Part shown: piece by piece, positions 13,198-26,855 of the stretch
How the letters are laid out: each line of letters begins with the position of its first letter
How positions within the stretch are numbered: position 1 is the first letter of the stretch
Origin: Kondoa subrosea
Lineage: Eukaryota
Assembly: GCA_039545335.1 (NCBI GenBank)
Contig: BCIN01000003.1
Location: forward strand, 1,993,060-2,057,059
Direction: 5' to 3'
Length of the DNA: 64,000 nt
Program-made: the position numbers and the translations under genes
The notes under the pieces: model-generated
Databases searched by the model: none
The model's input: only the letters and a program-made list of their open reading frames with translations
Told to the model about the DNA's origin: nothing

Positions 13198-13900
13198 ATG
13201 AGCGTAGTCAAAGCAAGCAACACGAAGCCCTGGCTAACCATCAAGGACAAATCTCGCAAAGACCCAAGCAATGTGTATAGATACGCAGATCCAGAAGCCA
13301 GCTCTTCCTCCGCTTCTGCAGCTTCTTCTATCACCCCTATGATCAGTTTTGTAGCTTCAGGAGTAGCAATGGCAATGGGTAAAAGGGAACTAGTGAGCTT
13401 TCCCCTTTTTGGCTTCCAGACTTCTCGAGCGATAAGACTAGCAAATGCTGTCCTCGCACGAAGAAGTCTGTTTGTAGACAGTTGACTGATTCAAATTGTA
13501 TAGGTCTGGGTCGCCATGGCTTTATCGCTACATAACCTCATGACTGCTCAAACATGGTTTACGGAGGGTGAGGGGCACTGCTTCATTTACTAAGTGCCGT
13601 ATTCAGTACTGATGCTAATTTCCAGGAGGCACATCACCTGTCACATCACTCGTGTAGGTCTAAACGCTTCAGAGTACTGTTTTCCAGTTTACAAAGAAGA
13701 ATGTATCTACAGATTCACCGCTTCTGCTTTCTTTACTCTGTATACTCCGATGCTGCTGAAGTAGAGTAAAATGGTAGAGGTAGGTTGGTACGAGGTTTGC
13801 TGTAAAATCAGGCTAACATTTCCTTTGCCAATGCTACAGGATGCATTGGCTGTAAATGTATATGTATTACTTGTAAGCCTTCTAGCTCGCGCATGCGTTC
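13198..13900 (+). CDS. Small membrane protein, possibly Asterix/PAT-complex (UPF0139)-like; 3' exons unresolved
   Basis: Spliced reading DKSRKDPSNVYRYADP...ISFVASGVAMAMGKRELVWVAMALSLHNL...TSPVTSL resembles the D.R.P..V.RY plus short TM pattern of Asterix. End coordinate is approximate. Confidence 0.4.
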
Positions 13901-14814
13901 TTGCCCAAAACTGATGCTGAATACCAGAATAGAGGCATGAGTGTACTCAAATGAATATAAACATCGTGTTAGCTTTGTCGGATCCTACGCTATTGCTTTT
14001 CTTTCGTCGACGCCATCCGTCAGAATATGGTCTACTAGTTCCAATCTTTGTCTTCTTCTCTATCAATGTCTATCGTGCTCGCTATGCCCACGAGTTGCAT
14101 CGCTTATGCCTGCTTTCTGCTATGGTGTCGACTTCCCGGTCAGCCTCGCGTCTCCTTTCATCTTTGCTAGCCACCGACGTGCATCGTTTCTCGCTACATA
14201 TGCCCGAATGTACTTGTCGGTTCTACTGCAAATGCTTTGATGCGTTCGAGTGAAGGCAGATGGCTATTCAAGATCGCTCACTGAGCAAGAACCAGCGTCA
14301 GTTCCTCGCAATAGTCGGGGTAATCAACATCGAAAGTATGCGAATCCGCTGCTCCTCGTACTCAGATAAATGGGAGTGACTCGGGGATGAGCGAAGCTCG
14401 GGCAAAAAGTAAAGATGTTTTGTTTGGGCTCGCAAGCTAGGTTTCACATGATAGATCGTGGAGCAGTCACTGTTACTTCGCAATGTACGACTTTGAGCCC
14501 CTTGACTTCAATTTGACGCGACATTTCTTTTGATCATTTACCACGACCCTTTTGACGAGATAGTTCTTCCCGCTTTGAGCTGTCTTAAACATACTTCACA
14601 GCGGAAAGCTCTATATACCTGCCTCAAGTACACAAGACAGCACAACACTGCTGCATTCAGCGAAAGTGCTCGAGCCTATCACTTCTTTTAGGAACGCACT
14701 GAGCTCGTCTGTTCTCCTTCAATACAACAATCTCTACATCTCTCCTACATCTAGTCTGTTCTTTCAGTCACTCCTTATAACCCCTTCTTTTACTCTTTCC
14801 TTCAACCTTTCAAT

Positions 14815-15661
<847 letters not shown>

Positions 15662-16083
15662 TCTGACTGGACTCATATTCGGGTAAGTCTCTGTGTTCGC
15701 GAAGCCTCTAATGCTTAGTCGACCAGCGTTGTGCTTACAGGCACTTGCATTTCTTTTCTTGGGAATTGGCTATTGAACCGACTATCTTTCAGGCCAGATC
15801 CATAGCTAGACTCTCGGGTGGTCTCTTATCGCGTTTATTGGGCTTGTAATTGGGTTATTCGCAGCATCACTTTTTGCTAATTACATATATCTATCATCCT
15901 CTTGGACAGCATCCGCCATTCAAGTGTTTGGAAATTGCGGTGGACTACGCGCCATTTTGATTGCTCAACTGATGCTACCTTCATAGCTCCAGAAGATGAG
16001 CAGGCATCGCCCTCTGCCTTTGTTATTTCTCCAAGTCGATTCAATCTTCTTCGCCTGTTGGTCTCGCTCCGTATTTCAAAGTC

Positions 16084-17940
16084 ATGACTGCTCTTCGTGC
16101 TAGACCTTCAGCTCTACGTAATCTAGACAGACCGCTAGAATCCAGATTGCGTAGTCATTCATTCAATGATTTCCGTTCGCCAGCATCTGGTATACCTAGA
16201 TCTGCTACTTTCAACCAGAAGGCAAAGAACCGAGGAGTTGTTGTCCATGGACCTGTTCCTTTCGGTGATGCTGAAGCAGAAGAACAAGAACTAGGCGAAA
16301 AGGCTATGCATGATCTAAGTCTTCATAATGATGCAAAATTCGCTCCATGGTCACCTCATAGAGCTGAACGATCTGATTCGGGCTATGGAGGCGAATCTGA
16401 AGATCTTGTGAAGAAGAAGAAGAAGGAGAAAGCTGGTCTTTCGAATTCTGCGCTATTCAATTCGAATGAGAAGAAGAAAGATGGACCTGCTTCTTATCCT
16501 GCTACATTTGGTGATGGAGTGATTGGTATCACTGGGTTGTCTAATTTAGGCAATACCGTATGTTTTCTTCTCCTTCGCTAAATATTAGCTAAATCTGAGG
16601 CAGTGCTTCATGAATTCCGCTATACAATGTTTGAGCGCAACGATTCCTCTAGCACGATACATGCGAACAGGAGCCTACAAAGCAGACCTCAATCGACACA
16701 ATACTTTGGGATCGAAAGGTTATTTGGCCCGAGCGACAGCTAAACTGTTCACTGTCTTATACTCGGAAGAACACTCCCATGTCTCACCCGTAGCTGTGAG
16801 AGAAGCAATCATGAAGTTTGCTCCTCAATTCGAAGGTTATGATCAACAAGACGCGCAAGAATTGACTGCCTTTCTCCTTGACGGATTACATGAAGATTTG
16901 AACCTTGTCAAGCAGAAACCAAATACCTGCCTATCTGATGCGCAGGAGGAAGAATTGGAAAGAATGCCTAGTCTTTTAGCTGCTGAGCAAGAGTGGAAAA
17001 GAGCTTTGAAGAGGGATGAAAGTATCATTACGTATCTTTTTACTGGCCAAGAACGGTCTAGATTGACAGTGAGCTGTTTCTCGTCGATATTAGCTGCACT
17101 TCCTGACACTCTGCAGTGCCGGACATGTAAAGCTGTAAGTCTGCCTCGAATAACGATTGCTCTATTGCTGACTTGTTGAGCAGACTTCTACAACTTGGTC
17201 AAACTTCAATGAACTATCACTAGCAATACCAAAGAAACCACGGAAGCTAAAGTCCTCATCCGGAGTCACCTTGTCTGAATGCTTGAACGATTATTTGGTG
17301 TCTGAGCGTTTACCTACGGAAGATGGATGGAAATGTCATGTTTGTCAAGAACCTCGATCGGCTGTCAAGACTATGGCTTTGACTAGATTACCGCCTGTCG
17401 TAATCATTCATCGTAAGTAGCATGTCTGGATGATCTGCTTGACTACGCGTAGAAAGCTCCGCTGACGTCTTGTTACAGTCAACCGAACGCAATTCAATGA
17501 CTATGGTATGGCAGACAAAGACGATCGACCGGTACAATATCCTCTGCAGTAAGTGTTTTGCTGCGTGAAACTGGACGGTTACTGATCAGTAATGTAGTGA
17601 TTTCAACCTCGGTAGTTTCTTGACGCACTCCTGCTCTGATGGTAAACCGAAGTTGTACAGTCTATATGCGGTTGTGAATCATGTTGGCTCAGCAGAGTCT
17701 GGTCAGCAGAACCTCTTTCCCATACAACGCTGAAGCTGATTGTATCACCAGGTCATTATACTTCAATGATCCTCAACCATGGCAAGTGGGCTAACATATC
17801 TGATTCCATGGCAGGTGCCTATTCCTCTTCGTCGTAATTTATAGTAACGCATGTTTTAGGTCAAGAAGATTTCGAAAGATTCGGTCAAGCGCAGTGCTCG
17901 TTCTGCGTACATTCTTTTCTACCATCTTCAAGAAGCTTAG
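16084..17940 (+). CDS. Ubiquitin-specific protease (C19; Doa4/USP8/USP2-like catalytic domain)
   Basis: Cys box GLSNLGNTCFMNSAIQCL, QQDAQE..LLDGLHEDLN, CxxC pairs, His box YAVVNHVGSAESGHYT, and WANISDS. Confidence 0.92.
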
Positions 17941-18232
17941 AGGCACAGGTGTCGAGCAAGTAGTGATAAGCCTACGAGACTTTCACTTGTACATGTTGAC
18001 CAATATGCATGTTTCACGCTTTTCATGAACCACGAGCGCATCCATCTTCAAGCTAGACTTGAGACCAACAGTAATACTGCCTTTACCTGAAGTCACGCGC
18101 GAAAATCGGCACAGTAGTCTGCCATGTGAAGGAGTTCAGCGGCAGGGAAGACGTTTCTTTTGCGAAAGCCTGTTTCTGCTGTGTCTACGCTGCCTTCACC
18201 TGCTCTGTTTCGCTCTTTCTTTCGTATCTACC

Positions 18233-18931
18233 ATGTCTAAGATTCAATTCACGAAACCCACACCTGCTGAAGTACAATTTGTCGTCGAAGGCCAATCTGA
18301 GCCTGTCTATTTCTTGCGGACTGTAGCAGAGCAGAAGGCTTTCAGTGCACCTGTTTATGCTCTCAGCCGACAAGGCGTCCAGCTGGCTACGTGGAAGGGT
18401 TCATCTATAATTATTAAACGACGAGAAATCAAAGCAAAGGATTTCTTAGGGCCACCCAAATTCCTGAGCTCGTACGCGCTTGTATTCGTTTTGTGTTCTG
18501 TCTTCACTCCTAATGTCCGCTTCGGGGGCTTAGAAAGCGCTTCGTTACTTGCTGCAATCAAGAATTCTGTTTCGATAAGTCTGGCAGCGCTGTAGAGGTA
18601 TGTAAGCGATGTGCTACTAGCTCTAAATGAATGACTGATCGATGGTCAGGTCTATCGCATGATCTCAGGCAGTAAAGGTCCTCGGTCCTTACAAGCCAAG
18701 AACATGCTGCCGCATATTTACGGGTCAACCAAGCTCTTTTCGACCAACAAATTCAAGAAAGGCTTCCTATCATTCGGCTCAGAAGAAGATCGTCAAGCTT
18801 TCTTCACCCAAGGAATGCCTAATCAAATGATGGATGATGTTCTGTTAGCCATGTTGATCTTTACCCAGGAACTAGCGAAGAAGCAAAGTAGGATCAGAGC
18901 AGGAGGCGATGCAGGGGATGCAATAGGGTGA
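18233..18931 (+). CDS. Hypothetical protein, tandem paralog A
   Basis: MSKIQFTKPTPAEVQFVVEG...QLATW...IYGSTKLFSTNKFKKGFLSF. Homologous to the next gene, with similar intron layout. Confidence 0.7.
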
Positions 18932-19410
18932 GTGTCTATGGCCTGAGCAATACTAGTCTGGTCTGATCAAGGTGAAGATCTATGGCTTCGTGAGCTAGAA
19001 GGATTTGATGTCCCATAATGAGGAGATGGAATGAGCTGTTTTATAATGATCGATAAAATCTAGCTTTCGCATCTGTATCAGACTGTACATAGGACGATTG
19101 ATGCAAACTGCCAAGGTTTCTTGAGAAAACTTGAAGTGGATTCTGAATCCTTGCTTTGGACAAGCACAGGATTAACCCTCTTCGGGCGCCATGATGCACT
19201 AATTACGTCAAGGCATCCTCTATACAGTCACGCCCTGTCTCGATATGATCTTCTCGCATCGATACCGCCCTATCGATTTCTAATCGATATTCGCTATACT
19301 TCTTTTCTAGACTGGATCTTGTTCTTCTGGACTGGTATATCTGCATGTGACCATAGAGCGAAGCCAACCTGTTTCTTCTTCTTGTACTGACCTGAATACT
19401 ACATCGTAAA

Positions 19411-20083
19411 ATGGCAAAAATCCGTTTCAATAAAGTGAAAACTTCAGGCGATGTTACATTCACGCTTGAGGGCGCAGCTCAAGCTATATACAGCTTTCGT
19501 CAACTATCAGGCGGTTTCTATCTTCTTCTTCGAGATGGTATTCAGCTCGCTTCATGGAACAGCTCTTACGTAACACCGCCCAGACAAAGGCAGATGAGAG
19601 TATCAGAGTATTTGAAGCGAGACAGTATACTCAGTCGGTAAGTCATGCATGCTGCTGTAACAAGTGGAAGCTGGAATACAAAACAGAAAAAGAACCGCGA
19701 CTTGCGCGAACATGGACTTTATCTTGTCTACCAGCTGGACAGCCCCAACGACTATCATAGTACGTGCCTGACAATGCGCCCAGGTTCTCTTGCAGACGCT
19801 GACGACGAATAATCAGGTGTATCGCGCGGAGGCAGGCAAACAACGTTCTCTGGCAATGAAGTTTAGCAACGCTGTGAACATTTATGGATCAACTGGATGG
19901 CTAACACTGAACAAATTCAAGAAAGGGTTCATTCGATTCGCATCTAGTCAAGAGCAGCTGTCTTTTCTTGACGATGGACGACCCACCACAGCTTTTGACG
20001 AAATAATGGTCGCTGTGCTGGTTTATGTAATTCAGGCGCAGGATAGGCAGCGTGCGGGAATTATTGCTGTGGGAGCAGCGTGA
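19411..20083 (+). CDS. Hypothetical protein, tandem paralog B
   Basis: MAKIRFNKVKTSGDVTFTLEG...QLASW...IYGSTGWLTLNKFKKGFIRF. Homologous to the previous gene. Confidence 0.7.
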
Positions 20084-20840
20084 GTCTCCTCTGTTACTCG
20101 ATACAACACCGTGTCTAACATTGTTGAATATAGAAGCGCTTGATTTCTGCCGTTCAATGTCAGCTATATCGACGTGAAAAACCAGCATGAATACCAAGTT
20201 CACTCATAGATTTCTCTTTTGACTCTATCTGCTCCTTTCCTAATTGTCTATAGCTTCATCTGTCTTCAACTGCTGTCTCTATGTCCCATCTCTGTGCTGG
20301 GCGCAATTTTTGCCTCGACAGCTCCAGCAACAAACGCCTGCAAGAACTTGCAATGCACACTCTAAAGCTCTGTTGAAATATTGAGCAATCTGATACATTT
20401 ACATGTCAACAGTGCGCTCTTTTATCCGTCTTCTGCACTACTCGTACAGCTCATTGCGATCGATAGCCTGCATCGAGACCAGCATGCGATGACCCTCTGT
20501 AGTCTCCTCGATTTGGTCTGTCAACGATTGCCAAAAGCGGACGGTGCCCCGCGTTATTCATCGACGCGTTCTACGCGAATCAGATTTTAGCATCGCATCC
20601 GCAAAAGGCTAAGAATTGACATGATACAGCTTGAGAGGCTTGGGATAGCTGCGCAGCGTGGCATCTGAGGGGCCGAGAAGGATGTATATTGGCATTTGTA
20701 TATACGTAAGCCTTGAAATTGCATCAACGTCATACAATTCCGGAAAGTATAACCGGAATCGCATACTACATAAATCGTCGATTTCAACTTGTTCTCTTCT
20801 TCAGCAACCCTCATATCTCTCGCACAAGTAATCTTTAACA

Positions 20841-21451
20841 ATGGTGAGTGCAACAACCCAAGCAGCTCTTTTCCAGCTAACTCTTTGTTATGTAGGCCTC
20901 TAACCCTGAGTGAGTCTTGCAAGCCTCGTTCTGAATTTCTGTTGCTCATATTCTCTGTTCTACTCTCCCTCAGTCACGTCGTATGTTCAGCTATTCCAGC
21001 ATAACATTTCCCCAATCTGACGTACATGCCGCTTTCAGAAAGCCGATGGCACCCCAGACATGAGATACAAAGAGAACCAGACTGAAGAAGCCCAGGCTGC
21101 CAAGTCTGAAGGTGGACAGGTTCGTTCAAACTCATTCCCCGCGAGTCTGAAACGTTGACTGATCAACACTTTGGTGAGCAGAAAGGCGGAGCTCAATCCG
21201 GTTCTACTGGATCAAGCGACTCTTCTGATGCCGCTGGTAACGCTGATGACAGCACCGGAACGTATGTTAACTCTCTTTCCTTCGATCATGAACATCGCTC
21301 ATTGACGATGTGTAGCTACCGCCCTAAGGAACACGGTGGATTGAAGAAGGATGGCACAGTTGACAAGCGCACTCAATCTGACCACGGTTTCGGTGGTGAA
21401 GATGGACCAGATCCTCATGTTGAAGGTCAAAAGGGAGGCAAGTCATCATAA
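20841..21451 (+). CDS. Small hydrophilin/KGG-like stress protein (~106 aa, 6 exons), copy 2
   Basis: Same exon structure as 1683-2306 in the opposite orientation. Only one amino-acid difference seen (SSDSS vs SSGSS). Confidence 0.85.
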
Positions 21452-21845
21452 AGGGTGATTGCAAGGTGTACTGGGGTTTACCGAAGAAAAACTTATGTAT
21501 GTGTATTGAAACAAATTATCTATCAGCAATCTTCTTCCCGTCCCTTTGGTAGTCGTTTCATCATCTTATCTTTCTTGTCTTTACCCTTGTTGATCATCAC
21601 TGAGGTTGTCTCCCATTCTTTCTGCTACGTGATAGCTCCTGCATCCGCGTAGCGCTACACGTCTCATGCGGATAGCTTTAGTCTCTCTTGCTCGATTTTG
21701 ATGTCGCAGACAATGTCGCATCTCGATTAACGCAACTGACTGAAAAATGCACACCCATTCCTAATTGTGACGGTACATTACAAGAACACTTCCACTCCCT
21801 GTACACTACTTGACAAACCCAACCTCCCTATACATTATACATGCT

Positions 21846-22961
21846 TCATCTGATATTAGTCACATCCACAGACCCTCTTTTCGAGCCCAAAGAAGCTTTG
21901 GATGGTTTGAGTGATACGACACTTGGTCGTGGACCTTCCCAGTCGCAAGCAAGGACGAGTTTGCGCTCATTGCGAATCCGATGTTGTTCGATAGTCGCTT
22001 CAATCTCGTCGTAATCGATCCATTCCTTGTTTGGACTGACTTCGTATGCCGCACGAACAACTGAAGGATAAAGTTGAGCCACCGAGCAATGCATCCGCCG
22101 AAGAAAAGCTTACTGTCTGCCAGATCACCGAAATCGGCAAACGTCTCCTCCTTCCATGATTTGACCACTCCTTCAGCCCCAGCGTTTACGAGCAAGATAC
22201 CACCGAGAACGTTTCCATTCTTTCCGCCGGTCTTTAGAGTGCCTTCGACATCGTGAATCTTGTTCAGTTTGAGCAGGCGAAGGAAAGTTTTGGTAAACAT
22301 CGACCAGTAAGAAGCTCGACGCATCTTCCCATCTCCCAGATAAGTGTAGAAGGCTCTTTCCTTGTCTACGTAAGTCCTGGATGGGACATCAGTCTGAGTT
22401 CATGATTGCTCAACTTGTCTTACCTTCCCGTCCATGCCATACCCTGAAACTCAACGATCTGCCCAGACCGATCAGATAAACACACTTAGATGGTGTGTTG
22501 CTCACATCCTCGTCATCGTATGGCATGACTGTTGTCTCACATCAGGTCTTTGCGGCAACAGTATAGAATGGAGCACTTACTAGCTACTACTTCAAAGCCT
22601 AACCTTCGCAGCATAGTCTTACAATGCGATATGAGAATGCCTTGAGCTCGACAGAATTGGCAACCCGGGCGTCGCACAACTATTGATCGTATGATGAGCT
22701 AATCTCAGCATTCTTATGCGCATGAGGGAAACTGACCAAAGACTAGAGCAGGTTGAGTCTTCCATATTTCGCGAGCTTCCAGTTTCTGCCTATATGTCAA
22801 AGTTCATTGTTCAGCATTTCCCGTTGGCAATATATCAACAGATCGACAGACTGGTCCGGGATTCTCTTTTGTATAGAGTGTTCCAGCTCAAAGAAATTGC
22901 GATCAATGGTACGCAAGCCAGCGAAAGGGCTATCAAATCCAAACGCAAGATCGTCGTCCAT
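21846..22961 (-). CDS. Peroxiredoxin-like 2 (AhpC/TSA_2, FAM213-type) thioredoxin-fold protein
   Basis: Spliced reading EIWKTQPALVFVVRRPGCQFCRAQ (RRPGCxxCR motif), and GNVLGGILLV..GVVKSWKEETFAD. Confidence 0.8.
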
Positions 22962-23493
22962 TGTTTCTTGAGGTCCGTCCGGCACAAGTATACAGCTTGA
23001 TTTCTCTACTCTTCACGTGTGTTACGTACAGCTCAACACTGCGGCTTGAGCTTCTTTTGACAGTTAGTGCTGGAGGCGATTGGAGGAGGATGAGCTGATT
23101 TTAATAAAGTTGCAGATCTTTCGCCGAACGCGATCAATGTCTCTGCTCGCAGGATCTAGATTCGCTTATACCGTTGGATAGACAGACGTGGTACGAGAGG
23201 TGTAAAAGAAGCTGAGAAATTCAATTTACGTGATGGCATGATCTTTGTTAGCCATCTTTCAGGGCCGCAAAAGGCATTACAAAATTCAGGCCCTTCGAGG
23301 AACCTTATCTCTCCCGCTCGACCTCTCCTGTACAGCTCTTTATATATGCGCGGCCTGAGTGCCAGAAGAGCTGAAAATGCTCGCATCCAGATTTCTGTCG
23401 AGTTGCAAGCGGTCTTTTTGAGCCTGCTTCGATGGAGCCATAGTTTGCTGAATATGCCAGAAGCGCAGGCAAAGAGAGAACGTGTGTTCAAAT

Positions 23494-26416
23494 CTAGGAA
23501 TCGACTTCCATGGGACTTGCACCGTTGGAAACTCCATTGCTGCTAGGCAAATCAACAACATCCTTGAAATCGAAATCCATTTGTCTGTCAATATGCAGAA
23601 AACATCGATGAGCAAGAGCTCAACATACAGGGGACAAACTACACTGACCGAAGAGTGTAATCCAAAATAAAGGACTCCTGAGCTAAAGCTTTATCAGCCC
23701 GATTGAAGTGTCGTTCAGTGTACGGTATAAGTCCTTCCAGAATATCGCCAATAGTTGATTGAACTTTTCTCTTGACAGCTTTGTCTGCATTACTCGATGG
23801 TTCTTCCTTCACTGCCAATCCGAGGAGATGTGTGGCAGTATTGCTTTTCAAAATGACATGAAGAACTCTTTGAGCTATATCGGACGTCTTGATCGAGGTG
23901 TTCCAATCTCGTACATGACCAAGAAGTCGCAATGTTTCCTCCGAGTTCAGAGATCGCAGAGCTGTATCAACCGCAGAACTTCCTGTAATTGATTGCTTGT
24001 CTTGATTGGAAAGAGAAATGACGGAAGAGAACAGCTTCAATAGTCGCCGAGGTTGATCCATAGTCAAAGCCAGAAGAATAGCGGACCGATAGTCCTTCGC
24101 TACAACAAAATTCTCATAGTCTTGATTTCTAGTCACATTGCACAATGAGATCACGCTTGACAGTACCAACACAATGAAGACCTACTTGAGCACAAGCTGT
24201 TCCTCTTCCGCAGCTTTCTCTTCTTCTTTCTCGACTGTAATGTCTTGCCAAATTGTGACTACTGAATCCGCTCCACCCGAAATGATTCGCTTCTCGTCTT
24301 TGCTGACTGCCAATGCCCAGATCTGATCAAGAAAATGAGCGCATGCCAATACATCAGTGAGAGGGACTCTCACCTTCTCCTCGTGATTGTCGAGAGTAGT
24401 AGCAGTCTCTTCATCCTTGATGTTCCATACTTTGACAAGTCCATCTGAAGCACAAGATACAAGCTGCATTCCAGCTGAGATGAAGTCGACCCGTAGTACA
24501 GAATTCGTATGACCCTCGAAAGTCTATCCGAAAGATTAGCTTTCTTCCTGACTAATGATATCAGCCTACATACCTTCAAGCACGTATAATCCTTCACGCT
24601 CCATAGCTTCACAGTTTTGTCACCACTTGCAGTGGCCAGTACTTGATCGGTAGAACTAAACTTGACGCTCCATACACCTCTTTTGTGACCTTTAAAGATG
24701 CCCATGAGTTGGAAACTTGCAGTTTTACCGGCTTCGTAGGAAAGAGCAAAGAGTTTTGCAGTCTTATCTTGAGAACCTGAAGCAAGAAGTTTGTCATTTG
24801 GTGCTATATCGAGCGAATTGATATCCTTGTCGTGAATCTTCTGCGTCAAGAGGGATCTCAATTGAACAGCTTCACCATCTGATTCTTCGGACAGGCTACT
24901 GAGATCCCAAATTTTGACAGTCTTATCTTGGGAAGCCGTAACAGCAAAAGAACCAGAAGGTTGAGTTTTCGAGATCGCTACAGCTCCAACACTCTCCAAA
25001 TGACCTTCACAAAGCCCAACAGTCGCCCAAGTGATTTTGTTGCCTCCTTTGACTTGCTTCCATATCCTGGCTGAGCGATCTTTTCCACCACTAATGAAAG
25101 TAGATCCATCTGCACTTCTTGCTAAAGAGAGTACTATATCGGTATGACCAGAAAGTAGAGTGGTATTGGAGAACCCGTCTTCAGCTAAATCGTATAATCG
25201 AATTTGTTCTGAATTGGTTGCCAGCGCTAGATAGGTTTCGGTGCGAGTCTGGTCGGTAGAAGAAGGTGTAGTGAGGAAGAGGCAGTCGACAGTTTCATCA
25301 TTGAATCCTATAAGCTGCCGGACGGGTGCAAGGGATGGTAAGGCATGAGAAATGATATTCTGGTCAACTCGAACAGAAACAAGCATAGAAGGTGCGGAAA
25401 GCCAGCTGAATATAACCATTAGGTGACGAACAGATCTAGATACGAAAGAAAACTCACAAAGCATCGAAAATTTCGACAGGTTTAGAAGATGTACTTTGTT
25501 CCGATGCTAACAATTGCCCAGTCGCCAAACTCCATAAACGCAGTTGACCCTTATCACCAGCAGTAAAGATGGCAGTATGAGTTTGTTCTCTTTGTTTGCC
25601 TTTTCCTGGCGCCGCATTTGCAACCGGAACTTCCAGCAATCCACATGCTTCGACTGTTTCAAGTACTGGAAAAGTGTTGCGAGGTTGATGCCCAGACATC
25701 TTCTTTGGGTTGCGCGAAAGAGGCCAGATATTGACTACTTGATCTCTTCCAGCGCTGACGAGAGTGGAACCATCTTCCGTTACAGCCAATCCACGAACAA
25801 CAGAAACATGACCCTCAAGTATCTGCTCGCATTTCCTGCTCTTGAGATTCCATACTCGGATTCGACAATCGTCTGCACCAGAAACCAATCTTGCATCATT
25901 GGGTACTGAGAGATCCCAAGCGAAAGCAGAAATGACACCTCCATGTCCTTTCAAGACATGTGTGCAGAAACCACCTTCGATAGACCAGACTTTGACAATC
26001 CCGTCTGCTGCACCAGTTGCGAAAATATGAGAAGAAGGATCTGAAGACATTGTAATAATAGGAGCATCATGAGCTCGATGTACTGTTCTTGTTGCTTCTG
26101 CATTGGTTTCGACAAAAGGTGTAGCATACCATTGCAATTGTAAATTTCGACGAGCAATAAGTAGAGTGCCAGATTCGCTGGACAGATGGGAAGTCAAGCA
26201 GAAAGTTGTGACGGGCGAATCACCAATAGCTCGACCTAGTTCTTGACCAGATTGGGTATCCGTGAGCAGGACATCGTTTTCCAAAGTTGTGTATGCATGC
26301 AGCCCATCTTGCGTTAGAGCAACTTTGCCTCCAGTGTAGATGGGTGCGATAGAACGCTCAGCTTTGAAGGCTGTCTTGAGCTTGTTCCGCTTAAGATAGG
26401 CTGCTCTGTCGGACAT
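23494..26416 (-). CDS. UTP13: U3 snoRNA-associated protein 13 (WD40 repeats plus Utp13 domain; TBL3 ortholog)
   Basis: LKTAFKAERSIAPIYTGGKVAL start, many WD repeats (GHKRGVWSVKFS, HDKDINSLDIAPNDKL), and C-terminal RDWNT..AQRVL and LIPYTERHFNR..ESFILDYTL. Confidence 0.95.
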
Positions 26417-26855
26417 GGCAGCTTGATGCAGAAAGTGCAAAATTGCATTTCAAAATATTTCTTGTTCTGCGCGGCCAAGTGTACTCTTATATATGGCCCT
26501 ATATGGACCTTCCGAGGTCTTCAACACGTTCGCACACTGCATCTATCGTCTTTCGGCTGACCAGTTTGCCTTGTCGAGCTATAATCTATGAATTGCTTCT
26601 TTTGAGTCTGTCTTTCCTCTCTCTCTCTTTGCTCTTCCGCTCCGCACTGTTGGCTTCATCAAAGTTTGTCACTTCTTTCCCCTTATTACTCATGATTTGC
26701 CGTTCTGTACGTCTTAAGAAGTTTGACCGAGATTGGTTTCTGGCGCAATAAACCCTTGTTCGCCGGGTCGTCATGATCAATAGGCGGGTGCTTGACCTCC
26801 ATTGCTGATTCTCGTTGAGCTATTGAAGAAGTCCGGCTTTCCAGGTGCCTTGAAG

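Noticed and set aside
20150..20640. Minus-strand intron-like signals and a fragment DQIEETTEGHRMLVSMQAIDRNEL
   Set aside because: Could not build a stop-free spliced model.
23156..23546. Overlapping 100-aa ORFs on both strands
   Set aside because: They lie in the UTP13 3' and PRXL2 5' spacer, with non-coding-like composition and no motifs.
26586..26780. Short charged ORF (MSNKGKEVTNFDEANSAERKSKERERKDRLKRSNS)
   Set aside because: Largely explained by a CT/AG-rich tract; no support as a gene, although a microprotein or uORF cannot be excluded.
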